The translations under genes were made by a program, and so were the position numbers. Below, piece by piece: positions 1 through 9,622 of a stretch of DNA of 64,000 nt. Below the pieces are notes generated by a model. The model was not told where the DNA came from and made no database searches. It worked only from the letters and a program-made list of their open reading frames with translations. Position 1 is the stretch's first letter. Each line of letters starts with the position of its first letter. This stretch comes from Candidatus Amunia macphersoniae (GTDB taxonomy: Bacteria > Chloroflexota > Dormibacteria > Aeolococcales > Aeolococcaceae), in NCBI GenBank assembly GCA_016464795.1, contig JAEKNN010000026.1, positions 5,059-69,058 of the forward strand, read 5' to 3'.

Positions 1-466
1 AGCCGTCGAGCGCGACGATGACCACGAACCCCAGGGAGCGTGCGCTCTGCACGGCGTCGAGGAGACTTCGCCTGAACTGCGTTCCACCATCGCCGTAGGG
101 TGGGGTGAGGGCGCGCTGGCCGACCACGAATCGCACAGTGTCGGCGCCGAACCCCCGGGCGGCGGTCAATTCCGCCGGACCGAAGCCATCCCTGGCGTCG
201 AGGTAGGTCCCGCGCAGCGACTGGTAGGGTGCCTCGAACCCGACGATGGTGACGCCCCGCGGCACGAACGGCACACCGAGACGGATCAGGTGGGAGCCCT
301 GCACGCTCAGCGTCGTCCCGGCTGGGAGCGCGCTTCCCTCGCCGGGCGTGGGCGGCGGGGTCAGGGGAGCATTGACCTGGCCGGCGACGTTGCACCCGCA
401 GACCAGGGTGGTGAGGGCCGCCGCCATGCCCAACACCACCGCCTTCCGCCGGGTCGAGCGCGACAC
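1..466 (-). CDS. Partial (5' end only) secreted lipoprotein, possibly a glycoside hydrolase / TIM-barrel enzyme; gene continues beyond window start
   Basis: Reverse-strand translation gives GTG(466)/ATG(427) start MSRSTRRKAVVLGMAAALTTLVCGCNVAG... (lipobox LVCGC) followed by ...VQGSHLIRLGVPFVPRGVTIVGFE...; high GC3; no stop inside window. Confidence 0.4.
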   Translation of the reverse strand, partial: MSRSTRRKAVVLGMAAALTTLVCGCNVAGQVNAPLTPPPTPGEGSALPAGTTLSVQGSHLIRLGVPFVPRGVTIVGFEAPYQSLRGTYLDARDGFGPAELTAARGFGADTVRFVVGQRALTPPYGDGGTQFRRSLLDAVQSARSLGFVVIVALDG

Positions 467-489
467 TGCCCTGTCCGTTGCGCTGTCGC

Positions 490-786
490 TCAGATGTTGG
501 CCAGCAGCTTGGCGCGCAGTGTCTCCAGCTGTTCGAACCGCTCCATCGAGGGCCGCCCGCTCTGCTGGTGCGGGAACTTGAGGTGTTGCACTGCGTCGGC
601 CAGCAGCTCGATCTCCTCGTTGCTCAGGCGCACCGAGCGCTGGTCCGGAGCGGGCGCGGCGGGCACTGGTCGAACGTCCGAGGGCACATCGACCGCCATC
701 ACCTCCTGGTGCGGCGGAAGCTGGTCGGTGGGCCGAAAGAGCTCCTCAGACCCGCGCAGCTGGGCGCGGCGGAATCCCTTCATCAA
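490..786 (-). CDS. Small (98 aa) hypothetical protein with ribbon-helix-helix-like segment (RSVRLSNEEIELLADAV), translationally coupled to parA
   Basis: ORF overlaps parA stop by 4 nt; high GC3 codon usage; beta-strand/helix pattern typical of RHH DNA-binding proteins (ParG/CopG-like). Confidence 0.5.
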   Translation of the reverse strand: MMKGFRRAQLRGSEELFRPTDQLPPHQEVMAVDVPSDVRPVPAAPAPDQRSVRLSNEEIELLADAVQHLKFPHQQSGRPSMERFEQLETLRAKLLANI

Positions 787-1607
787 GCGTGACCCGCCTC
801 GACGCGCGCCGCGCTGCCTTGCAGGTGCACGGCGGCCGGCTGCTCCTGCGCCATCACAGCCGTGGCCAGGGCGCGGTATGCGCGAGCACCCGGCGACCCT
901 GTCGCGTACTGCAGGATCGACTGGCCGGCCAGCGGTGTCTCGGCGAATCGAATCGACGAGTCGACGGTGATGTTGAAGACCTCGTCACCGTATCGCTCGC
1001 GGACCAGCTCCAGCACCTCCTGGCTGTGCAACGTGCGGGACTTGTAGATGGTCGGCAGGATGCCGGCAATCCGCAGCCCGGGGTTCAGCTTGGCGCGGAC
1101 GCGGTCGATGGTGCGCTGCAGTTGCTGCATCCCCTTCATGCCGAAGTACTCGCATTGCAGGGGGATGATCACATCGGTCGAGGCCACCAACGCGTTGACG
1201 CAGAGAAGGCCCAACGACGGCGGGCAGTCGATGACTACGTAGTCGTACTCGTCGAGCACAGGTTCCAGCTTGTCGAGGAGCACCGACTCACGCCCGAACT
1301 CGGTGACCAGCTGCAGCTCGGCTCCGCTCAACTCGATGTTGGCCGGCAGGAAGTCGAGCTTCATGGACTCAGACCGCAGACGCACCTCGAGGACGCCGAC
1401 GCGGTGATCGGTGAGCACGTTGTACACCGAGAGCTCGAGGTCATCAGGGCGGCGGCAGCCCATGTTGATGGTGAGATGTCCCTGCGGATCGAGGTCGACG
1501 GCGAGAGTCCTGCGACCATTCTCGGCGAGAGCCGCGGCCAGATTCACCGCGGTGGTTGTCTTGCCGACGCCGCCTTTCTGGTTCGCGATCGAGATGACGC
1601 GAGTCAA
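783..1607 (-). CDS. parA: ParA/Soj-family partitioning ATPase (orphan; no parB nearby)
   Basis: N-terminal deviant Walker A ISIANQKGGVGKTTTAVNLAAALA; 274 aa; TTG start. Confidence 0.9.
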   Translation of the reverse strand: MTRVISIANQKGGVGKTTTAVNLAAALAENGRRTLAVDLDPQGHLTINMGCRRPDDLELSVYNVLTDHRVGVLEVRLRSESMKLDFLPANIELSGAELQLVTEFGRESVLLDKLEPVLDEYDYVVIDCPPSLGLLCVNALVASTDVIIPLQCEYFGMKGMQQLQRTIDRVRAKLNPGLRIAGILPTIYKSRTLHSQEVLELVRERYGDEVFNITVDSSIRFAETPLAGQSILQYATGSPGARAYRALATAVMAQEQPAAVHLQGSAARVEAGHA

Positions 1608-1617
1608 AGGGAGTGGA

Positions 1618-1665
1618 CCAGACGGGAGCGCCTCACTGAGCCGGTATCATAGCGAACCCGTCTGG
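1618..1665. promoter_or_regulatory. 9-bp perfect inverted repeat CCAGACGGG ... CCCGTCTGG (31-bp spacer) in divergent parA / TPR-gene intergenic region; candidate operator
   Basis: Seen directly: 1618-1626 and 1657-1665 are reverse complements. Confidence 0.3.
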
Positions 1666-1679
1666 GGAGCCTTTGGGGG

Positions 1680-2579
1680 ATGACTGTGGCGGAGACCGAG
1701 CATGTCAAGCCGCGCGGGCTGTACGTCGAAGAGGCGATCGCAGCAGCGCTGGAGAGTCGTTGGGCCGACGCGGTCGCGATCAACGAGGCAGTCATGGAAC
1801 GCCACGGAGCCGACGAGGAGACGTACAACCGCCTCGGCAAGGCGAAGAGCGAGCTCGGCAGCCTCGAGGATGCCCTGAGCGCCTACCGGTCGTCGCTGGA
1901 GCTCAACGCGCTCAACCTCATCGCGCAAAAACAGGTGCGCCGGATCACCGTGCTCCTCGAGGCGCGCGCCCGCCCCGCCGCGCCGGCAGGGGTCATCGAT
2001 GTGGAGCTGTTCACCGAGGAGCCCGGCAAGAGCGGCAGGACGGTGCTGAGCCCGCCCAGAGGCGGCGGCGCGGTCGGGGTCGGCGTGGCCCCCGGTGACA
2101 CGGCTGAGCTCATCCTCTCGGGTAGCCAGCTTGTGGCCGAGACGTCGCGAGGGGTCGCCCTGGGCGCCGTCGAGTCCAAGCTCAGCGGTCGCCTCCGTCC
2201 CCTGATGGAGGCGGGCAACCGCTACTCGGCCGCCGTCTCGCGGGTCGAGGACGACCGCATCGAGCTGATCGTCCGGGAGATCTTCCAGGCCCCCGAGAAC
2301 TCTCGCAAGTCGTCATTTCCGATCTCGCGAAATGCGCGACGCGACGAGTTTCGGCCCTACGCGAAGGAGTCGCTGCTGTCCGAGCGAGGCATCGATGATG
2401 AGGCCTTCGGCGATGGCGAGGACGAAGGGACCGTTCAGTCCAGTGCACCGTCGGACGGCGAGGACCTCGCCGGCATGCAGGAGCTCGACGACGAGTTCGA
2501 GCCCGCGGTCGCCGCCGGCGACAGCGAGGACGACAGCGACACGGATGATGAGGAGACCCGGCCCGAAGACCAGTACTGA
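1680..2579 (+). CDS. Hypothetical protein with N-terminal TPR-like helical repeat and strongly acidic C-terminal tail
   Basis: 299 aa; TPR-like YNRLGKAKSELGSLEDALSAYRSSLELN; C-terminus DDEFEPAVAAGDSEDDSDTDDEETRPEDQY. Confidence 0.55.
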   Translation: MTVAETEHVKPRGLYVEEAIAAALESRWADAVAINEAVMERHGADEETYNRLGKAKSELGSLEDALSAYRSSLELNALNLIAQKQVRRITVLLEARARPAAPAGVIDVELFTEEPGKSGRTVLSPPRGGGAVGVGVAPGDTAELILSGSQLVAETSRGVALGAVESKLSGRLRPLMEAGNRYSAAVSRVEDDRIELIVREIFQAPENSRKSSFPISRNARRDEFRPYAKESLLSERGIDDEAFGDGEDEGTVQSSAPSDGEDLAGMQELDDEFEPAVAAGDSEDDSDTDDEETRPEDQY

Positions 2580-2793
2580 CCGGGTCTTGGGGTCAACGCG
2601 TGCGCCGTGACGCCTGCTGCTGGACATCCCGGGAGATCCGTCAATCGACCGATAAAGCCGATTCCGTCAGGAACTCAGCCGCAAGTACACTCGGGCACAT
2701 GCCCGCTCCAGGTGTCTCGCAGGGACCCCCAGCCCCCTGGGACCTCGAGGCCAACTCTCCCGACGCACCGGCAGGCGCGCCCCGGCGGACCTG

Positions 2794-4719
2794 GTGAGCG
2801 TCGGATTCCAGCGCAGCGACGGGTACCTGCCGATCGCCGCGTACGGACTCATCGGCGACTGCCGCAGTGCCGCGCTGGTCAGCGCTGACGGCAGCGTCGA
2901 CTGGCTGTGCCTTCCCCGGTTCGATGATCCGTCGTTGTTTGGTCGCATCCTCGATGCGCGACGCGGTGGTCACTGGCAGATCTGTCCCGTCGAGGATTTT
3001 CGGGTGGTGCAGCGATACCGCGATCGCAGCAACATCCTGGAGACGATCTTCTCGACAGCCGGTGGCACCGCCGTGATCACAGACTTCATGCCCATCGATG
3101 ATGCCGGCGTGTCTGATCACGCCCGTCCGCACCCGGATCCGAGGGTGGTGCGGATCGTCGAGTGCCTCACCGGCACCGTGACTGTGCGTCATCAGTTCAA
3201 GCCCGCCCCCGACTACGCGATGGCCAAGTCTCGCATCGTGGCTGATGGCCGGCGACTGCATGGTGACACCGAGGTGCTCCACATCTGCCTGCAGTCGACA
3301 GTTGCTCTCACTGCCGCGACCAGCCGTTGGCGGATGAGGGCCGGGGACGCCATCGCACTCGGGCTGCGCAGCGATCACCCGGGTTCATGCCACAACACCA
3401 GCAAGCAGTGGACCGTCGACCGTTCCCGTGAGCTGGCCCGGTCCACCCAGGAGTACTGGTGGCAGTGGATCGACGGCTGCACGTACCAAGGGCCCTTTCA
3501 GGTACCCGTGGTTCGCTCGGCGCTCTGCCTCAAGCTGATGACCTACGCTCCCACCGGCGCCATCATCGCCGCGCCCACCACCAGCCTGCCTGAGCAGGTC
3601 GGCGGCCCTCGCAACTGGGACTATCGGTTCACCTGGCTTCGGGACGCTTCATTCACCCTGTACGCCTTCTTCCAGGTGGGCATGGTCGACGAGGCCAATG
3701 CCTTCTTCGCCTGGCTGATGCGCATCGGTCTCGGCCCCCGCGGTCACGACGTCGCCAACCTGTACACGCTCGACGGGGAGGCCCGGGCGGACGAGCACGA
3801 GCTCGACAGTCTCACCGGCTACAGGAATTCGTCGCCTGTACGCACCGGCAACGCGGCCATCCACCAACTTCAGCTCGACGTGTATGGGGAACTGCTCGAC
3901 AGCGCCTACCTGTACGCGCGGTTCGGCGGCTCGATCAGCCGCACGCTCTGGCGTGAGCTGCACGCCATCGTCGAGCTGGCCATCGATCGCTGGCAGCTGC
4001 CCGATGCCTCGATCTGGGAACCGCGCGGACAGAGCCAGCATTTCACCTACAGCAAGATGATGTGCTGGGTGGCTGTCGACCGGGGCCTGCGTCTCGCCGA
4101 GCAGTTCGAGCTGCCTCACGACGCCGCTCGCTGGACGGCGGCACGACGCGACATCCACACGGCGGTGACGTCGCGCGGATACTCCCAGCGTCTGCGGAGC
4201 TTCACGCAGGTCCTCGACGGTGACAGTGTCGACGCAGCCCTGCTGCGCATGACCCAGGTTCGCTTCCTGCGCGACAACGACCCACGCCTGCTCGGCACCA
4301 TCTCCGCGGTGGCCGACAACCTGGGCAGCGGAGTCCTCGTGCACCGCTACGACGTGGGCAGCGCCGACGATGGGCTCCCCGGCGACGAGGGTGCCTTCCT
4401 GCTCTGCTCGTTCTGGCTCGCGGACGCGCTCGCCCACGTGGGTCGCCTCGAGGAGGCACACCGCTGGTTCGAGAAGCTGATGGCCTTCGCATCCCCTCTG
4501 GGGCTGTACGCGGAGGAGGCCGACACCACCAGCGGCGAACTGCTCGGCAACTTCCCGCAGGCCTTCACCCATCTGTCGTTGATCGGGGCGGCGGTCAACA
4601 TCGAGCGAGCCCGCCACCGCAACCTGGGCGTCCATGGCCTGCACCGCGGGCCGCGCGGGCGAGCGCGTTCCCGACCGCGTGCGCGCCGCCCCGCCGGGGA
4701 GCAGCCTCCGACACCCTGA
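2794..4719 (+). CDS. Glycoside hydrolase family 15 protein (glucoamylase/trehalase-like)
   Basis: GTG start; N-terminal YLPIAAYGLIGDCRSAALVSADGSVDWLCLPRFDDPSLF typical of GH15-N domain, (alpha/alpha)6 catalytic region LWEPRGQSQHFTYSKMMCWVAVDRG. Confidence 0.85.
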   Translation: MSVGFQRSDGYLPIAAYGLIGDCRSAALVSADGSVDWLCLPRFDDPSLFGRILDARRGGHWQICPVEDFRVVQRYRDRSNILETIFSTAGGTAVITDFMPIDDAGVSDHARPHPDPRVVRIVECLTGTVTVRHQFKPAPDYAMAKSRIVADGRRLHGDTEVLHICLQSTVALTAATSRWRMRAGDAIALGLRSDHPGSCHNTSKQWTVDRSRELARSTQEYWWQWIDGCTYQGPFQVPVVRSALCLKLMTYAPTGAIIAAPTTSLPEQVGGPRNWDYRFTWLRDASFTLYAFFQVGMVDEANAFFAWLMRIGLGPRGHDVANLYTLDGEARADEHELDSLTGYRNSSPVRTGNAAIHQLQLDVYGELLDSAYLYARFGGSISRTLWRELHAIVELAIDRWQLPDASIWEPRGQSQHFTYSKMMCWVAVDRGLRLAEQFELPHDAARWTAARRDIHTAVTSRGYSQRLRSFTQVLDGDSVDAALLRMTQVRFLRDNDPRLLGTISAVADNLGSGVLVHRYDVGSADDGLPGDEGAFLLCSFWLADALAHVGRLEEAHRWFEKLMAFASPLGLYAEEADTTSGELLGNFPQAFTHLSLIGAAVNIERARHRNLGVHGLHRGPRGRARSRPRARRPAGEQPPTP

Positions 4720-4740
4720 TGGCGTGACCCGGCCGGCGTC

Positions 4741-4754
4741 TGCATAAATATGCA
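4741..4754. promoter_or_regulatory. Candidate ARG box (ArgR operator): 14-bp palindrome TGCATA-AA-TATGCA immediately upstream of argC
   Basis: Perfect inverted repeat in AT-rich island 18 bp upstream of argC start; argR is in the downstream operon. Confidence 0.5.
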
Positions 4755-4771
4755 AGGGCGGCTACACTGCG

Positions 4772-5803
4772 ATGGTGGCCTCCATCGATCAGCCTCGCCT
4801 TCGGGTCGTCGTCGCCGGCTGCACCGGGTACATCGGGATGCAGTGTGTGCGCCTGCTGGCCGCCCACCCGCACGTCGACCTGGTGTCGTTGCGGGGGCGC
4901 AGCCACGCGGGGCGCCGCTATTCCGAGGCGGTCCCGGGAAGTGGTGTCGAGCTCCCCGTCGCTGACGGCCTCGACATCGTTGGTGCCGATGTCGTGTTCG
5001 CCGCTCTGCCGCATACGGTCACGGCGGGCACGGCACAGCGCTGGCTGGACGCCGGAGCGGTTGTCATCGACATGAGCGCCGACTTTCGCACCCCGGACAC
5101 CGCAGCCTACGAACGCTGGTACGGCTTCCCGCATCCCGCACCAGATCTGTGCGCGTCAGCCGTGTACGGGCTGGTGGAGATGGAGCGCGATCGCCTGCGC
5201 GACGCGCAGTTGATCGCGGTGCCGGGGTGCTATCCCACCGCCGCACTGCTGGGAACGCTGCCCGCTCTGCGGTCGCGCACCATCGAGCCGCACCTGATCG
5301 TCGACGCCAAGAGCGGCCTCAGCGGCGCCGGACGTTCGCCCTCGCTGGCCGTGCACTTCGCTGAGGTCAACGAGTCGGTCCGCGCCTATGGCGTTCAAGG
5401 CCACCGCCACGGTGACGAGATGCTCAGCCGACTGCGCCGCGCGCATGGAGAGGCGTCACTGACCTTTGTTCCGCATCTGGTGCCGATGAGCCGCGGCATC
5501 CTCGCCACCATCTACCTGCGCCCGCGCGCCGGCGTCGACGCCAAGACCATCAGCGACCTGTACCGAGACTTTGCAGCTGCCGAGACCTTTGTGCGCTACG
5601 ACGAGGCGCCGCCGGCCACCAAGAGCGTCCTCGACAGCAACGTCGCAGCTCTGAACTGCACAGCTCAGGGCGACACCGTGGTGGTCACGGTGGCCATCGA
5701 CAACCTCATCAAGGGCGCCGCCGGCCAGGGTGTCCAGGCAATGAACGTCCGCTTCGGCCTGCCCGAGTCGGCGGGCCTGACGGTGAGCTCACCGTGGCCG
5801 TGA
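4772..5803 (+). CDS. argC: N-acetyl-gamma-glutamyl-phosphate reductase
   Basis: LRVVVAGCTGYIGMQCVRLL NAD-binding N-terminus; catalytic Cys region GCYPTAALL; 343 aa. Confidence 0.95.
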   Translation: MVASIDQPRLRVVVAGCTGYIGMQCVRLLAAHPHVDLVSLRGRSHAGRRYSEAVPGSGVELPVADGLDIVGADVVFAALPHTVTAGTAQRWLDAGAVVIDMSADFRTPDTAAYERWYGFPHPAPDLCASAVYGLVEMERDRLRDAQLIAVPGCYPTAALLGTLPALRSRTIEPHLIVDAKSGLSGAGRSPSLAVHFAEVNESVRAYGVQGHRHGDEMLSRLRRAHGEASLTFVPHLVPMSRGILATIYLRPRAGVDAKTISDLYRDFAAAETFVRYDEAPPATKSVLDSNVAALNCTAQGDTVVVTVAIDNLIKGAAGQGVQAMNVRFGLPESAGLTVSSPWP

Positions 5804-7026
5804 GCGCGCGAGTGACGACGGAGCGGGTCGGCGTGTGCGCGCCTGCCGGCTTTCGTGCGTCTGCGGCTGCTGCGGGGGTTCGCGGTGACGAGCATCGCGA
5901 CCGTCTCGATGTGGCCCTGATCCTCAGCGACCGGCCCTGTGTTGCGGCGGGGGTGTTCACCCGCAACCTCGTCAAGGCTGCGCCGGTGGTGATCAGCCAG
6001 CTGACGTTGCGCCGCCATGCCGACGTTCGTGCGGTGATCGTCAACAGCGGCAACGCCAACGCGTGTACGGGACCGCAGGGCTTTCGCGACGCCCTGAGGA
6101 TGGCGACGGCCACAGCTGACAGTTGTGAGGCCGATCCCGCCGAGGTCCTGGTCTGCAGCACCGGCGTCATCGGCCGACCTCTGCCCATGGAGCGCGTCCT
6201 CGATGGCGTGCGCGCGGCTGCGGCATCGCTCTCCGTAGCGGGGGGCGAAGCCGCGGCGCGCGCGATCATGACCACGGACACGGTCGTGAAGACCGCGGTC
6301 GCGTCGGTTCCCATCGGTCAGGTGCTCTGCACGGTCGGAGGGATGGCCAAAGGCGCGGGCATGATTCACCCCGACATGGCCACGCTGCTCGCGTTCGTCA
6401 CCACCGATGCGTGCGTCGAGCGCTCAGCCCTGCAGACGATGCTGACCGACGTGTGCTCGCGCACCTTCAACTGCCTGAGCATCGACGGCGACACGTCCAC
6501 CAACGACACGTTGCTGCTGCTCGCGAACGGCGCCGCGGGGGGCGCGCCGGTCACGGCCGGCACTCCCGAGTACGTGGCGCTGAGTGAGGCCGTCGAGGAG
6601 GTCTGCACCTCTCTGGTCGAGCAACTGGCCGCCGATGCCGAGGGCGCCACCAAGTCGATCCGCGTGCGCGTCGCCGGGTGCGCTGACATCGAGCAGGCGC
6701 GCGCCGCGGCACGAACGGTGGTGCTGAGCCCGCTGGTCAAGTCGGCAGTGCATGGGGCTGACCCCAACTGGGGACGGATCGTCGCCGCGCTCGGTCGGAG
6801 TGGCGCCAGCATGTCGCTGGATCGCTGCCGTGTGCTCATCGGTGGAGTCGAGGTCTTCGGCGGCGGTCGGCCCCTCCCCGTCGACCTCGACGCCATCCGA
6901 GCCGTGTTCTCAGAGCCGCGCGTCGACATCGACGTCGACCTCGGCGGCGGAGAGGCCAGTGGCCGGGCCTGGGGGTGCGACCTGTCTCCCGAGTATGTGC
7001 ACATCAACGCCGACTACACGACATGA
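5794..7026 (+). CDS. argJ: Bifunctional glutamate N-acetyltransferase / amino-acid acetyltransferase (ornithine acetyltransferase)
   Basis: GFRASAAAAGVR..., self-cleavage site region ATLLAFVTTDA; 410 aa; overlaps argC end. Confidence 0.95.
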   Translation: MAVSARVTTERVGVCAPAGFRASAAAAGVRGDEHRDRLDVALILSDRPCVAAGVFTRNLVKAAPVVISQLTLRRHADVRAVIVNSGNANACTGPQGFRDALRMATATADSCEADPAEVLVCSTGVIGRPLPMERVLDGVRAAAASLSVAGGEAAARAIMTTDTVVKTAVASVPIGQVLCTVGGMAKGAGMIHPDMATLLAFVTTDACVERSALQTMLTDVCSRTFNCLSIDGDTSTNDTLLLLANGAAGGAPVTAGTPEYVALSEAVEEVCTSLVEQLAADAEGATKSIRVRVAGCADIEQARAAARTVVLSPLVKSAVHGADPNWGRIVAALGRSGASMSLDRCRVLIGGVEVFGGGRPLPVDLDAIRAVFSEPRVDIDVDLGGGEASGRAWGCDLSPEYVHINADYTT

Positions 7027-7036
7027 GGACTGCACA

Positions 7037-7915
7037 GTGACCGTCGAGACCATCGACCTGCGGCTGCGCCGAGCCCAGACGCTCATCGAAGCGCTGCCCT
7101 ACATCCGCCGCTTCAGCGGGCACACGCTGGTCATCAAGCTGGGCGGCGCCGCCGCCGCCGCCGGCAACCTCGACGAGTTTCTCCAGGACGTGGTCCTGCT
7201 GCGCTTCGTGGGCATGCGTCCCGTTCTGGTCCACGGCGGAGGACCCGAGATCAGCAGCTGGCAGCGCCGGATGGGGATGACGCCACGCTTCGTCAACGGT
7301 CTGCGAGTGACCGACTCGGCGACCATGGAGGTGGTGAAGATGGTGCTCACCGGGAAGGTTGGGCCGGACCTCGTCGCTCGAATCCACCGGCTCGGTGGCA
7401 GCGCCATCGGTCTCTCCGGCGAGGACGGGCCCACCCTGCTGGTGCGACGTGCGCAGAACAATGGGGGTGAGGACCTCGGCCTCGTCGGCGAGGTGGACCA
7501 GGTCAACGTCGAGCCGGTGGTCTCCATCCTGGACCAGGGTCGAATCCCGGTGGTGGCATCGATCGGGCTTGGCTATGACGGCGAGGCGTACAACGTCAAC
7601 GCCGACGCGGTGGCGGCTGAGCTCGCGGTTGCGCTCCAGGCCACCAAGCTCATCTTGCTCACCGATGTCGATGGCGTCCACGACGTCACCGGAGCCCTGC
7701 TCAGCGAGCTGGATGCACAGCGGGCGGACCAGCTCATCGTCGATGGGGTCATCGCCGGAGGGATGGTCCCCAAGGTTCGCGCGGCCTTGCGTGCGCTCGG
7801 CAGCGTCGAGGCCGCGCACATCATCGATGGGCGGGTGGCGCATGCCCTGCTGCTGGAGCTGCTCACCGCCGAGGGCGTGGGCACCATGTTCGCCGGTGTG
7901 GCCCGTCATGACTGA
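7037..7915 (+). CDS. argB: Acetylglutamate kinase
   Basis: GTG start just after argJ stop; LVIKLGGAAAA, VLVHGGGPEIS, amino-acid-kinase fold motifs; ~292 aa. Confidence 0.9.
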   Translation: MTVETIDLRLRRAQTLIEALPYIRRFSGHTLVIKLGGAAAAAGNLDEFLQDVVLLRFVGMRPVLVHGGGPEISSWQRRMGMTPRFVNGLRVTDSATMEVVKMVLTGKVGPDLVARIHRLGGSAIGLSGEDGPTLLVRRAQNNGGEDLGLVGEVDQVNVEPVVSILDQGRIPVVASIGLGYDGEAYNVNADAVAAELAVALQATKLILLTDVDGVHDVTGALLSELDAQRADQLIVDGVIAGGMVPKVRAALRALGSVEAAHIIDGRVAHALLLELLTAEGVGTMFAGVARHD

Positions 7916-9125
7916 TTCACCGGCGTCGCTCGAGGTGCTGCGTGACCGCGCCGGCGCGGCATTGATGCACACCTACGCGCGGCAGCCCCTGGCGATCGAG
8001 TCGGGTCACGGGGTGTGGGTGCGCGATGACCGAGGCCGCGAGCTCATCGACCTGGTGGGAGGCCTGGCGGTCAACGTGCTCGGTCACGCCCACCCCGCTG
8101 TCACCGCTGCTCTGACCGCACAGGCAGGGCGGCTGATCCACTCCAGCAACCTCTATTTCACAGCCCCACAGGTGGAGCTCGCCGAACGCTTGATAGCCAG
8201 TGCGTTCCCTGGGCGCGTCTTCCTGTGCAACAGCGGTGCCGAGGCCAACGAGGGAGCCATCAAGCTGGCTCGCAAGTGGGGCCGCCGCCATCGCAGTGGG
8301 GCAACGGGAGTGGTCGCGCTCGAGGGTGGCTTCCATGGCCGCACCATGGGCGCGCTTGCGGCCACAGCGCAACCCCGGTACCGCGAACCGTTCGAGCCTC
8401 TTCTGGCCGGCTTTGAGCATGTGGCGGCAGACATCGAGGCCATCGATGCGGCGGTGACGGACGATGTGGCCGCCGTCCTGCTCGAGCCCATCCAGGGGGA
8501 GACAGGGGTCATCCCAGTCGCCGACTCGTTGCTGCGCGAGGTCCGTGCGCTGTGCGACCGGCGCGGCCTGCTGATGATCGTCGACGAGGTGCAGACGGGC
8601 ATGGGCCGCACCGGCCGCTGGTGGGCCCACCAGCACGCCGGCATCGTGCCCGACGTGATGACTGTCGCCAAGGGACTCGGTGGGGGCGTGCCGATCGGCG
8701 CGGTGATCGCCGCTCCGCGCGCAGATGTGCTCGAACCGGGTGACCACGGGAGCACCTTCGGGGGCGGACCGCTGGCCAGCGCCGTCGCGTGTGCGGTGAT
8801 GCGCACCATCGACGAGGACGGCCTGGTCGAGAGAGCCGGGCGGATCGGCGAGTACCTGCGTGAATCCCTGCTCTCGCTGGGCGCCGAGGGAGTGCCGGTG
8901 GCATCGATTCGCGGGCGGGGGCTGATGCTCGGCGTGGTTCTCGACGAACCGATCGCGGCCCGGACGGCACGTGCCGCCCTCGACTGCAGGGTCATGATCA
9001 ATGCGATTGGCGACAGCGTGCTCCGTCTGCTGCCGGCGCTGATCATCACCGAGGCCGAGATCGACGAGGGGATGCGCAGATTGGTCGAGGCCGTCGCAAT
9101 CGCACGGACGGAGGGCGGCGCGTGA
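7908..9125 (+). CDS. argD: Acetylornithine aminotransferase
   Basis: ATG overlaps argB stop (ATGACTGA); class-III PLP aminotransferase motifs LIDLVGGLAVNVLGHAHP, DEVQTGMGRTG; ~405 aa. Confidence 0.9.
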   Translation: MTDSPASLEVLRDRAGAALMHTYARQPLAIESGHGVWVRDDRGRELIDLVGGLAVNVLGHAHPAVTAALTAQAGRLIHSSNLYFTAPQVELAERLIASAFPGRVFLCNSGAEANEGAIKLARKWGRRHRSGATGVVALEGGFHGRTMGALAATAQPRYREPFEPLLAGFEHVAADIEAIDAAVTDDVAAVLLEPIQGETGVIPVADSLLREVRALCDRRGLLMIVDEVQTGMGRTGRWWAHQHAGIVPDVMTVAKGLGGGVPIGAVIAAPRADVLEPGDHGSTFGGGPLASAVACAVMRTIDEDGLVERAGRIGEYLRESLLSLGAEGVPVASIRGRGLMLGVVLDEPIAARTARAALDCRVMINAIGDSVLRLLPALIITEAEIDEGMRRLVEAVAIARTEGGA

Positions 9126-9622
9126 GCCCCACGGTTGAGCGTGCCGGCAACAGCGTGGCCACCAAGTCTGGCCGCCAGCGCGCCATCCTCGACCTGGTCA
9201 GATCGCGGACCATCCGCACTCAGGAGGAGCTCGTCGGGGCTTTGCGCAGCAGGCATCTGGACGTCACCCAGGCCACAGTCAGCCGCGACATTCGCGAGCT
9301 CGGACTGCTCCGCGTGCCCGCCGGCAGTGGCGTCCGCTACCTGCTGCCGGCCGCCGAGATCGATGCGGAAGCGGCGCGTTCGCGGCTGCACAACGCGCTC
9401 AGCCAGCACACCCAGGGCATCGAGTTCATCGACCTGCTGGGGATCATCCATGCCCAACCCGGCACCGCGTCCCTGGTGGCAGTGGCGCTCGACAACGCCC
9501 GCTTCGAAGAGCTGGCCGGCACTGTCGCCGGCGATGACACGGTGCTGCTGATCGCTCGCTCCCGTCCCGCAGGCCAACGCCTGTTGGCCAGGTTGCGCAC
9601 CATCCTCGAGGAGCCGGCATGA
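9122..9622 (+). CDS. argR: Arginine repressor
   Basis: Winged-helix N-terminus RQRAILDLVRSRTIRTQEELVGALRSRHLDVTQATVSRDIRELGL; C-terminal oligomerisation domain; 166 aa. Confidence 0.9.
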   Translation: MSPTVERAGNSVATKSGRQRAILDLVRSRTIRTQEELVGALRSRHLDVTQATVSRDIRELGLLRVPAGSGVRYLLPAAEIDAEAARSRLHNALSQHTQGIEFIDLLGIIHAQPGTASLVAVALDNARFEELAGTVAGDDTVLLIARSRPAGQRLLARLRTILEEPA

